A stretch of DNA of 64,000 nt, from contig JBNZDD010013730.1 in NCBI GenBank assembly GCA_050575255.1, positions 7,842,012 to 7,906,011 of the forward strand. Direction: 5' to 3'. The DNA is from Harriotta raleighana. Lineage: Eukaryota. The notes below the pieces were generated by a model, which was not told where the DNA came from, did not search any database, and worked only from the letters and a program-made list of their open reading frames with translations. Shown here in pieces: positions 1-11,872 of this stretch (within the stretch, counting starts at the first letter, position 1; each line of letters starts with the position of its first letter). The position numbers and the translations under genes are program-made.

Positions 1-1410
1 TAGCACATTGTTTGCACAAACTGAAGTTATTTTAAAGGAATGCCTCGATTTTAGATCTAAATTTAAGTCAACTTGCATTGCTACAATTTATAATAGTCTT
101 TTCAATGTGCATCAACAGTATACTTTGGAAGAACAAGAACTCTTCACTTCAGTACCTTATTCCGAATACCCTTTATGCTGACCTTTGTTACATTTCAGTG
201 AAGCGTGTTCAACAATCCGGATCAATCTTGTTTATCTAATTTTGTCAGTTCAGTATAACTGATTCCAGGTCACACGCTGAAGTCATGCACTTTGCTCACT
301 AAAATGCAACACAGTGCTTCAGCTGTAGTATCTCATCCATTATTTATCTCATGCCCATTGTTGATATGAGTGCCTTATAAGTACCAATTTCACAGTTTGC
401 AGGTTGCAGCCTCATAGCCTCAATGGGTCAGAGGTTACATTTTTTTTTGCAGTTTTTACATATGTAACAGTCAAGAGCACTGTGACACTCCAGCATTGAA
501 TGGAGTCTTTTAGATTATTCTGGGGTATCTAACCTATGATGCATGGCATTCTAATAAACATCTCATTTGCATTGCACTCCCCTCCCGCTGAAAATAATGT
601 TTCGGGAGAATTTTGCTCACTTCTATTGCCAATAAATCCATATTAATCATGTGGCAGACTTGCAAACTGCAAATAATGTATTCACATTAGCTACAGACCA
701 AACATCGGCTGGGATCTACGAGACGGGTTGTAGAACAAATTGAGGATAGTTATTTTGAAATGGCAGCTGTGGCTCCAGTGACAGTGAACCCTCAAAAAGA
801 AGAGCAATTCACTTTGACGGCGGTAAATTTAGGAATTTTCTAATAAAGTAATTGATACTGAACTTAATCTCCAATCACTTTGATTCAGTTTGAGTGGTGA
901 TTTCTGTGAATGCAGAGCATTGGGGTATAAACCACAAACTAATTTAACCTTTGCAGAATCATGTAGTTGGAACATTGTGTGATTTCTCTATGCACTGTAA
1001 TTGAACTATCCCACACATTAGACCTGCATACCGACAACCTCACTTTAACATCTAATGGGTGTTGATTGCTTCATTAGGATTGAAAATAAATTGCCTAATT
1101 GTCAATCCAACTTAAGCAATCTTTTCTTGCCGCTCTGTGTGTACCACTTCAAGTGTCATCCAATTAATGCTCTTTTTACCAAATAATTAATACTAATGAA
1201 GAAAATATTGTATTCAATATTATGTTTAAAGACTTAATCATTGCCCTTGTTTAATTGATGAAAGAGTTAGTTATTTTGGTACACAGTGAATTATCTTATC
1301 TCCTGTCTTCTCTTTAATGGCCATTGCCTTCTGCAGCTATCACTAATTATACTCAACTTTTTAATCTTTCTGAGGGATTCTCACCAGTATTCCAAGCCAA
1401 CAATTTCCAA

Positions 1411-1603
1411 ACAAAATTGGCCATTCATTTTACGGCTGCTTGTGGAACATTACTCAATGCAAATCGGCTGCTATGTTCATCCTCAAACACATGGTCACTA
1501 CACTTTACAGTGTATTCCGTGTATTAAAATGTCCTTTAAAGTGCTCTGAGATGCCACCCTGCATGGAGGGCGCTACATAAGTGGAACTTGTTGTTTTTGT
1601 TGT
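1411..1603 (+). mobile_element. SINE 3' fragment with L2-type tail
   Basis: gcttgtggaaca..tgcaaatcggctgc..cactttacagtg core shared with the other SINE copies; ends aaagtgctctgagatgcc..ggagggcgctacataagt..(gtt)n, as in the L2 3' ends at 9611-9673 and 20351-20403. Confidence 0.75.
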
Positions 1604-1611
1604 CCTCCTGC

Positions 1612-1790
1612 AGTGAAAAGCACTACATCATATGCAAGGATTATTAATCTACTGTCTATTATTCTAATTTATCTATGATTCTATATATTCTTTTCAGGTT
1701 GTTTGTGGGACATTGTTTTGAAGCACTTTGAGATGTGTCAATGTTTGGGCACTATAATAAATGCAAACATTATTATGATTATAATGATGA
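1612..1790 (+). mobile_element. Two short SINE tail fragments
   Basis: gtgaaaagcactacatcatatgcaaggattatta (1612-1648) and gtttgtgggaca..gaagcactttgagatg..aaatgcaaacattattat (1700-1790). Confidence 0.6.
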
Positions 1791-2229
1791 GAATGTGCAT
1801 CATTTTGCCTCAGATCCATTTGTGGGATTTTGGAAGTCATTGTCAAAGTAAATGTGACTTTAGAATATACTTTGGACAGCGGTGATTCTGTGACCCTAAT
1901 GTTGCTCTGGATGAAGCCCGAAAAGAACTGATGGCAGAGAAGCTGGAATCAGCAAGGCAGAGTTGATGTGAAACTGACAGTCCAAATCTTCTGTTAATTA
2001 ATCATCCAAGCCATGCAGCAGCTTCTTACTAAATTTAAATCTCTGCAAACAGTGGGAGTTGGGCCAATGAATAAATCTAATACAGTGTTCAACATTTTTC
2101 TGGCACATCTCCTTCCTGAATTATGAGAATGCCTGTACCAACAATTACAGATATCCAGATTGAGTTCAACAATGAAATTGAGTTGGGAGGCCATTTGATA
2201 TTCCATTTATTTACTCCACTGTAGCACTG

Positions 2230-2672
2230 CAGTGACGTGCGATGGGTCAAATGACAGGGTGGACATACTAACTTTTGGGGGTGTGGCTTTATGATGTCGC
2301 AAGTACGCATGCGCGGAGATGGCATTTCCATGTGATCTGATTGCAACTGATAGAAAGAGGAAAGGCAGCGGTAGCTTGTGCTTATTTCACCCGTTACTGA
2401 GACACTGAGAAAGGAAGGCGCATGTGCATCGGAACTATATTCAACTCAATGGATAAAAAAAGGCACGACATCTCGCTGCCTTTCTGTTGCTTTTAAGGCA
2501 GTATATAAAATCGCAGTTAAATAATTTGAGTAGTTTCTTCCAAAAATTGTTTGCATTATGTAAAATATGCATTGTAAAAATATAAACCATTAAATGATCA
2601 TATACAATTTAAAGTTTTTATTTTCATAAGGTAGGGACTGCCTACCCTACCTACCCTCACTGCACGTCCATG
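2230..2672. mobile_element. Non-autonomous hAT DNA transposon (MITE), 443 bp
   Basis: Perfect 8-bp TSD tagcactg at 2222-2229 and 2673-2680; imperfect TIRs CAGTGACGTGCGATGGG vs reverse complement CATGGACGTGCAGTGAG; CA...TG termini; CpG-richer than flanks; no transposase ORF. Confidence 0.85.
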
Positions 2673-3299
2673 TAGCACTGAACAAAACATCAGAAAAACA
2701 TTGAACTTTTTTTATAATTTGTTTCTGAAAAATATGAAGTTGCATAGGAAAACACAGAAAGTAGTGCTTCACAGTAACGTACTGTACTAGGAGTTCACCT
2801 TTAATTCTTATTTAAATTGTTGTTTGAGAGTGAATTAGTCTCTTTCGGGTTTTTGTTTTGTTAAGTAAAATGAAAAGCGGCTCTTTTTGTACTCGAAACG
2901 AGTTTACATTTTCTGCTTCACAAGAGAAAATTTCTGCCACATCTACACATGTTGGTGAAGTGAGATGCCAACTCTGTTTACTCTCATCTTTTATGAATGC
3001 TATCATAATGCATTTTGTTGATTAATGGCTTATTACTGGGGAGAAATAAAGAACTAAGGGATTTACGTCATCCTATGTCACACAGATATACTGGAGCTGA
3101 GCGCAGGCAAAAAACATTGACTATGAGCTAACATGTATGAGAATTATTCTGTCCATCTGGTGGAGCAAACCTTTTAAAGTACATTTGATACTAGAAATAC
3201 TAATAAACCCAAAGTCTTATCCAATCTAACATGAATTTGCTGTATTGTTGAAGGTGGTTTACTTGGTCTGGTCTGATCTGCCTAATCTGGTGGATCCAA

Positions 3300-3500
3300 A
3301 AGATCCCACGACACTGCTTGAATAATAGAAGGGAGTTTCATTCACGTCATGGCGATTTGGGGGACATGGCTTGGGTGCAAACTGGCTGCCCCATTCACCA
3401 ACCCCAAAAATACGCAATTATGACACTTCACAGAAAAACATGGACGTGCTTTGAGATGTGATGTGGTAAAGTGCTATTTCAAATGCAAGGATTATTATTA
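3300..3500 (+). mobile_element. Diverged Deu-domain SINE 3' fragment
   Basis: aaagatcccacgacact..gggagtttc, tgcaaactggctgcc, and tail gctttgagatg..gtgctatttcaaatgcaaggattattatta. Confidence 0.65.
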
Positions 3501-4335
3501 ATGTTAGCAAGATCAATGTCAATATGATTGTCACTGTCATTGCCTGATTAAATATAGAAATTGCATTACTCAGCTCTTTAAACAGTACAGAAAATTATTA
3601 CTTTTAAAAAAAGAATTCCAGAACTACTATGGGTTATGTCAGAAACACCTTTTTTCTGACAGCTGGAATTCCTTGCACTGATGGGAGCTATTGATCACAC
3701 ACACATTAAAATTATGTCTCCTGCAGTAAATGCCAATAAAAGACAGACCCATTAATCAGAAAATCAATGGGGATGCCAAAGCTGCTTTGACAACAGAATT
3801 CAGTTTGGAGACTCGACTACGATTGAACCAAGACGTTACCTAACATGGGGTGATGTATGAGTCTCTTGTATGGCATAACACATAGTTATGTATGTCAAAG
3901 CACAACTTATACATGGTTATGCTTTTGTTGATAAAGTGATGCTCCCTCATGATTTCTGTCAAAAGACATAAGCTTTTGATACTGCACAGCTGATATTTTA
4001 ACATTCTGTGATTTCTGCGCAAAGGCCTTTTCGGGAGTCTGGCCAAAATGAGCCTTGGTGATGAACGTTAACAAGCTATTTAACTGTGTGGAGCATCTCA
4101 GTCAAATCTGATCCTGATTTCATCCTGATTCACACTATTAGGATTACAGTATTATTATTTATTATCTGCAGCTTCAGACAAGGAGGGCTTTGGTATATGG
4201 ATTTTCCCCTCTGTCATCCAGGAGTGTTGAGGCCAAAAGTAACACCTGAACTGCTGGCTTTGCTGATTGAGATGCTCACCATAGGATTTAAGTCTGCAAT
4301 CTTCTTTTCTGTGTGGTCCAGTGCTGTACTGGGCA

Positions 4336-4519
4336 ATCTCTTTACTGACCAGGTCATCAATGAAACGGTTATTATAACCATTTAACTGCTTGGGAGTTAC
4401 TTGAGCATCATTGCGCTTTCATTTGCNAATCTCTTTACTGACCAGGTCATCAATGAAGCGGTTATTATAACCATTTAACTGCTTGGGAGTTACTTGAGCA
4501 TCATTGCACTTTCATTTGT
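4336..4519. repeat. N-joined tandem duplicate (~91 bp x2), probable allelic assembly artefact
   Basis: Copies 4336-4426 and 4428-4519 flank a single N at 4427; two internal transitions (gaaacgg/gaagcgg, gcgctt/gcactt). Confidence 0.85.
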
Positions 4520-7094
4520 AGAACATTCTCTTGTAGCTTTAACCTTGGCTCTGCCTTGGTGTTTATACAATTGCTCAGTGGCTCTGGGAGACATCAACTT
4601 AGTAAAGCAACAATAACTCTCCTGCATCTGGATGAAGGCCACCTTGGCTCCAACTCAGAGCTTATCTAATTGCTTGAGGTCAGATTTGAAATCAGATCAC
4701 CAGGAGAGCGCACCTGCAAGAACCTTTTTTTTTTGCTAACTGATGATAAACTTCTTCACTGATGCCTTAGACGTTATTTCCAAACACGCAATGTGGTTTG
4801 CCACTTCATTAAACCATCGCATGTAATTAAGATCCGCTAAAGCTTCGTATTCAAGCATTATATTTCGTATAATCTGTTTATCCCACACAATCAACTAAAG
4901 ACCCTCAGATCGCCACTAACAGTGCAGCAGAAACAATCTCACAACCCGTATTTTTTTGAAAAAAAAGGTAAGGGCATACTCCAAGCTCATGTTAGGTGGT
5001 TCATTTCACACACATTAGAAGAATGCTTTGTGATGGGAATTTCTTCCCTGCAGATGTCCCTGAGGAAATAGTTCATTTTTTTCAGGTTTTACACAATACA
5101 CGATGCAGCTGCCGCTGCAATCTGTCAAAATATAACAGGAGAGTTACTGCCAGCTGCACAACTGGTAATCGGTGAGATAAATAATTTTGAGACAGTCTGT
5201 CTTGGAGGCCAGCACATCTTTTTTTTAAAAAAACTGAATAAGCAATGAATGGCTTTCATTAGTAAAACCATTGTTAAGCTTTTTAAAAAAAAATATTCTG
5301 GCCAGTACACCATTCCTCATAGACAAAATCTCAGATCAATCAGAAAACTAAAAACGCACAACCATATTTTGTGCATGAATTTGCATCATTTGGGAAATTA
5401 ATTTAAGATCACCATTGAAGTATTAAATGTGAACTAATTGGGACCTTTTTACAGGTTCAAAGTTATATAATGCTTTTTTCCCTAGAGTCCCTCCACATAT
5501 AAATAATAATATAGTTTTGATAGCAATTGTTTTAAATTAGATGTGCTTAAAATGTCAGCACTCAGAGATGCTACCCCATATGAAGAACTCCAGTGAAGAG
5601 TGAAGGATAAATGCAATCTGTGGGTTGTGGTTAACAATATCAAACACATAATACTTGCAAGTCATGTGAATAAAGAATCTGTACACCTCCTAGACTAACT
5701 AACAGGCTGGACAGACTAACCAGTTACTGTATATTAAAGTCATAAACAAGTAAATCATATTAATTCTTTAACATTGCACTGAAATTTGACCTTCATCTGA
5801 CACTAATCTGCAGTTACTGCTGTACCAGTATCATATAGACCTGCTATCATCCAATAAAAGAGAATCTGTAAATATCCACCATTCAAAGATAATTGAAGGG
5901 CGATGTTAACCATATGTAAGCACCATCTATTTAACAACCTCAGTAGCTTGGCCTGGTAAAATGTTTGCAATTGTGTTGTCATTGGTTAATACAGAGAAAG
6001 CGGAATTACCAGAGTTTAATGTATGCACCATTTACAGATAGCTCCAGATGTGTGGAGCTATCCTCCTACCTGAAATGACTACAAAGTAAGTTTGGAGTCA
6101 ATTTACTTTATTTTACTGCAAGTCACACCTGTTTTGCTTTCTGATCACAATCTCATATCATTATGGGGATTCTTGTATTTGGGGAAGTGTGACACTATTA
6201 TCTGGATTATTATTTTTAACTGCAGGTCACTAACTAGTGAGCCCTACTGGAATGTATCCTTGTAGATATTAGGTGAGGTCAGTGTGGTGATCAAAAGTAC
6301 TGAAGGGCAGCTGGTACCTCAGAACCCTACCCCATGAAACCAGCAATAACAAGATCGAGTAAAGCATGAGGGAAGGGGCTGGAACCATTAGATTAGACAG
6401 TGACACATCTAAGCACAACACTCAAACCTCAAATTGTGTACAAAGCTGAATTTAGGCAGAGGATAGAAATAATTGGGTCCTTGGTGCCTAAGTATGATTC
6501 TTAATGCACTATAATCCTAGGCCCACTCCAAAAGGCTAAATATTCCATTAAACCATCCTCCATAACACACTTGGGAATTCAGCAATGCAATAGTAAATTT
6601 AAAATATTTTATTGCAACAAACCGAGCAGATTAATGTTAGCCTTTTTAGAATAAATCTTTACTGCTGGATGTTAGAATGACAGTTTGGGAGGAAAAAATG
6701 CACTTAATGTTGTTACAAAAATACATTTATTCTTATAGACTTATTTACTTTAGGAACCAGAAAAACTACCCGAGGCTAAAATAGATGGGGTTAAATTCTT
6801 GGTCTAATTATTTGCACTTTATTGCAGTTCATGAGACAATTTGGTTTGACTTCCAGTTATTCAGCCACACTGCTAACTATTTTAATGAGATTATTGAAGA
6901 AAATTGGCACTTAAAAAGCTTCCCTGAGGAGTCTACCCAGTATGTAAAATAACTTTGACGTTTAAAAAGCTGTTTTTTTTTACTCATTCGCCTAAATCAC
7001 AAGAGACAAAAGCAAAGAAATTTAGTTCAACAATCAGGGTAATATGAATTGTTGACAAATAACAAGGATTAGTAAACCCAGATTATTAACAAAA

Positions 7095-7340
7095 TTAACA
7101 TAGGTTTGGAGTTATAAAAGGCAATTTCAGGAAAGACACCGGGAAGTACAGTACAGTAGTTCTTTACACAGAGGGTAATCAATGACTGGAACAGGTTGTC
7201 AGGAATAGTGGTAGAAACCTAGGCACTGGATTCATTTAAAAAGCAGCTTAATGCAACGATGGGGGGGATGGTAGGGTGGGTAAAATGGAGGGATGAGATT
7301 GGATGGGCCAAAAGGCATCTTCATCCAGACAAATCTTGTA
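7095..7340 (+). mobile_element. CR1-type LINE 3' end
   Basis: ttctttacacagagggtaatcaatgactggaacaggttg translates to FFTQRVINDWNRL, followed by tcatttaaaaagcagctt (SFKKQL) and 3'UTR motif gatgggccaaaagg; typical CR1 ORF2 C-terminus. Confidence 0.85.
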
Positions 7341-7927
7341 TAACAGTGACATATGCTGTTATACTGTGTGCCTGGGAAGATATGACACAGCAGTGCTACA
7401 AATTCCTCACGCTGTAGAAATGACAGTGAGCCCTGCCAATCTTTATGCTGATAAATTGCAGATTGCATTCCATGGTTCAGAGAGAGACTGGGTGACAGTC
7501 TTCCCTACCACAGGAGCAAGAGGCAATTATCATGAGATTCATTGCAAGCCATTCCCGTAGTAACCCTTAAATATCTGATATAATTGCAATTTGGTTCAAT
7601 CACAAAAACCTTCCCTCTATTGCTGCTTTCCTGTTTCACTCCTTCCATCTACCCAAGGTCAAATTGTGATATTGAATACAGGCTGTAAATGTAATACCTT
7701 TAAAGGACCAACGTCTTTTCCTGTGGAGATGCTGATGGCAAATTGCTCAAGTTTTTGCACTTTGACATGCTTCTGCTTCGCGACGCAATCCAGACTGATT
7801 TACTATTTGTTCCTGGTTTCAAATTGTACAGATTGTCAGTTTGTTGGATATTAAGTGAGAGATTTGTTGCACCTCTTGAAACGTGCTCTTTGTCCTTAAA
7901 GTGGTAAGTTTACATCTTATGCCACTT

Positions 7928-8014
7928 TTGGCCCACAAAACTTAGTCAATTCACTTTACATTATATTCTGTGAAGCGCTTTGAGAAATCTCGAATATATC
8001 AAAGGCAAGGATTA
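7928..8014 (+). mobile_element. Young SINE 3' fragment
   Basis: gcccacaaa..agtcaattcactttaca..ttctgtgaagcgctttgaga..tatatcaaaggcaaggatta. Confidence 0.8.
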
Positions 8015-9504
8015 ATGGCAAACTGCTATTGTTATTAGATTATTAAGACTTGCATAACTGAGCACACAACACAAGTAGGAATAACTGGAGTTTAACAGTG
8101 ACATTCGTATCATCCTCGTGAATCAAAAAGTGCCATTAACAAATTAGTGTTTTAGTGCTAACCGAAATGCTGACCCTAATGCCACACTGCCTACAATTTG
8201 TAAGGCTAGTAGCCGTTCAGAGAATGTATATAGTGGGGGATGGAACAGGCTGTTTTTTCTTTTGCTGTGTGTACCACCAAACTGGGACACAATTTTTTTT
8301 TAGACATTTCTAGGTACTTTTTTGCTCAGGTGCAAAATGAAACGTATTGTGTGACATTTCTGTCCTGGCACCACAATGTGAATTTACTCAGTGTTGCCAA
8401 GGCAAAGCTTATTATAGTATTGGTGCCAACACTTGACTTGTGAAGTTTCATAACTTGCCCCTTTTCAGCTGTATTGCACTCTGGTGTTGCATGGCCATGA
8501 ATCAGAGGGAGATTAACCAGTATCTTTTGGCACTGCTGCTGTAATGTGTTCTTCATGCCAAACATTGCGGCACTAACTTTAGTTTGAAGTACCACAGTGG
8601 GAATATAATTCTTCCTTTAGGACAGAAGGCCGAGGCAGGAAAGGCGAAGGGAGATTTACTGTTTTGGTTCAATTCCAACTTGCAGTTCTGTGCTGAGGAT
8701 TTTTAAAATTTAAGCAAATTCAGGCTGATTCACTGATTCTCTACATTCGAGTGTTATTACATATTCTATTGCTGTGCACTCGTATCACTTTCACTCTGAA
8801 ATCATAAGTTGCTGTGAGGGTATTGCCAAAGTACGCTTTTGTCAAGTTCCACTTATCTACCAAGTACAGATGTTGCACACAACATATTCAGTCTATTTCT
8901 GCTTGTTTATTTTTGTGTACTCGGGAGGCCATATGACATATTGTACCCTAACTAACCAAACTCCAGGAGATGAGAATCTACATCAAAATAAATACTAATG
9001 TATTAATACATATTTAATATTTTGTTCTAAAGGATTGAATAACACACTAGATCCAATCATAGCACTTCTTTGAAAGCAAAACGCCTTAAAAGGAAGCCCT
9101 GCTGTGTTTTGTTCTAGGTAAGCTCTCAAAATGCAAATGCTATTCATCCACTCACAGCAAATCTCTAAAGAATCAAGGATTTTCTTCAAACCTTTTGCTT
9201 TCAGATTCACTGAAAGATAAAATATTTTTGTCCGCATCTAATGATCACATCGACTACAAAATACTTTTAATGGTTTTATATATTTCTTTCAATTTTTGAT
9301 TGATGGGAAATCATCTCTTGCCTGAGTTAAATCATTTAACAGCTCCATTCAATGAATAGCAGTGACAATGCTTTTGAGTGTATCCAAATGTAGGTGATAT
9401 ATTTCATGTGACTGGTTGCCAGTGGTTGTGTTGCACAGCATTTCCTGTGCTTCCAGAGTAGCATTAAATTCTGCTATATATATCAAATACCAGATACAGA
9501 TAAT

Positions 9505-9673
9505 TTTGGAACTCCCTCCCTCAACCCCTTCACCTCACTCCTTGTGCCCCATCTTCAGGTCGCGCCTGAAGATCTTCCTCCTCAAAAGGCGCGGCCTCGG
9601 GTCCGCCATTGTAAAGCGCTCTGAGACGTTGGCCAGTGTGGAGGGAGGTATATAAATGCAAGCTGTTGTTGTT
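9505..9673 (+). mobile_element. L2 LINE 3' end
   Basis: tggaactccctccct (WNSLP), ttcaggtcgcgcctgaagatcttcctc (FRSRLKIFL), tail gtaaagcgctctgagacg..tataaatgcaagctgttgttgtt. Confidence 0.85.
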
Positions 9674-11769
9674 ATAGGAGTCCTAATAATAATAAGCAAC
9701 AATCAAACTTAATTATTATCAATTATAACAGCTGGAAAGACTCTTGACTTATCACAGGTGGAAATTTATCAAGCGATGAGGTCATTTGGTAACCATTAAT
9801 GGATACACAATCTAGCTGAAGCCAAAGAAACTATTAGAATAGGAGATTATAATATGAATTTGTTGTCGTGTAGTTTACGATCGGCAAACATACATAAGTC
9901 CTGTTGACCTCAACACTGCCTCAGACCTCCCCAGACTTCCTTGGTAGAAATATGAAAATCTGAATTTGTTACAGTTCTAATTGAGCCAGATATAGAAACT
10001 CACTGATTCACTCAAAACACTGATATCAATCATTTTTACTTGGCAATTTATCCATTTTTAGATTCAAGCATGCAACAGTAATGAAAGCTTCAAAACAGTC
10101 ATTCGTTCCGTTAGGCTTAATGCACTTTGTGACTGTACAAATACTGGCCAAATGAAGTAGCAGAGCTGACACTGGATTGCTTTTTACATACTCGCACAAC
10201 CAATTTATGGCCACTAATAGCTGGATGCATTTTCAGCTAAATTCTTTAGCCATAATGCTCAATTATACATGTCCCAGCATGAAGAAATAAATGCTAGCGG
10301 ATCTCATTGCACAGTGAACTTCAGCAACCTCTTGTATTACTAACTAGATTAAGCGATGAAGCTGGATTTGTATGTCACTGCCATTATTATTAACTAGTCA
10401 TGCTCTCTAAACTCATCATTTACACCAGGCTCTACACTTGGGTCCAAGGTCAAAATCACTATCCATTCTGAGGTACTCGACATGTCATTGTTGATAGATG
10501 AAGTTGCACAATGCATTTAGTTTTCTTATGCTGAGTTGCTACTATCCATCTGCAACTATTTCAGGTTGAAAAGTGTCTCTGTTCAAAATGAGTAATGGTT
10601 GCTAAGTCTTATAAGCTGCTCAGCAGTTGTGTTTTGAGGAATTTCACTCTTCGCAACAAATCTACGTCTTTTCCATCACATAGTGATTGGCATTATCTCA
10701 AGTTATTCTGTTATTATCTCATATGCCCTGAAATTATCATCACTCAGTGGATACATGAATGATGTGGCTATAATTGTTTTGAGGAAGTCACACAGTGTTC
10801 GATTTTCTGATAAATTAATCAGATTACAGCAGCAAAACACGTTTTCAATGTTGTGTCATTTACCCTTCCATTGAACATCTTCAGTGGATGGAAGACTAGT
10901 GAAACAAAATTTATCATACAGTACTATCTCCATGGTTCACTGATGATTTTCATACACAGTTGCAGAAATCCTGAGAATCCTAAGTAATTAACGTAAGGAA
11001 TGAGTTATGAAACACCGGCTCAGGAATCAGAGCAGACTGTATGAGGAAAATTTGTGAATTCAAAATAACTAGTAAATTTATTGTGGAGGTTTCGATTCTA
11101 ATCTGTGCAAACTCCCAGTATCCTCAACACAAACACCCACAAGCCTTAGAAGATAAGAATTAGGAAGACAGCAAGGAATCGGAGTAATTGAAGTACATAT
11201 GATTTGCTAAACCACAAGAGCTAACTTTAAACAAGTCAATTGAACCTACAGGCATTATTGTCACCTGCAATACCCTGTTGCTATAGTTTAGAATGCATAC
11301 ACATTGAATTGTTCTCTTATTTGTAACTTAACACAATGATTCTGCATTTTCTATCCTCCTTCAGCCATCTTCTGAAGAGTGAAATGCCTTCATCTGCAGA
11401 GATATCAAGTCATTCACAGGTTCAATCTTTGATGGTGTCACTTCTCTGATACTCTCTTATTCAAAGCTGCCTCAGTTCATTCTGCTGTTAGTGCTTTATA
11501 ATGTGACATACACTGATGCTTCTATGTGTTTATTTTCACAGAAAAATGAGTTAGAAACATTGCACTAACATTAAAAGTCTATATTAGTCTGTATCTCATT
11601 CCCGATATACATAACATAGACCAAACATTGTTCCTAGTTTTAGCCTATAAGATCATTTTATCTTTAACATTTAACATAATCCTAGAAAATCCTTAAATTC
11701 AGTCTTAATTGGCAAGCCAATTATTTATAACTTTTTAAAAAAAATTCAAAAGAAACACTGAATTCACAA

Positions 11770-11872
11770 ATTTATCACATCTAGGCTTAATTATTCCAAT
11801 TCCCTGTTCACCAGACTTCCCCCAGCTCCTTTCTACAAAGCTGCAGACCATCCAGACCTCTGGTAGTCCGTG
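11770..11872 (+). mobile_element. L2 LINE ORF2 internal fragment
   Basis: tttatcacatctaggcttaattattccaattccctg translates to FITSRLNYSNSL, matching the L2 motif FVTSRLDYxNSL; followed by a frameshifted KLQTIQ-like segment. Confidence 0.7.

Noticed and set aside
1886-1966. Protein-like peptide FCDPNVALDEARKELMAEKLESARQS* as a terminal exon
   Set aside because: In-frame TGA lies immediately upstream, after the only plausible acceptor; no compatible splice site
6037-6075. Helitron 3' end
   Set aside because: The hairpin is not followed by a CTRR terminus at the expected distance
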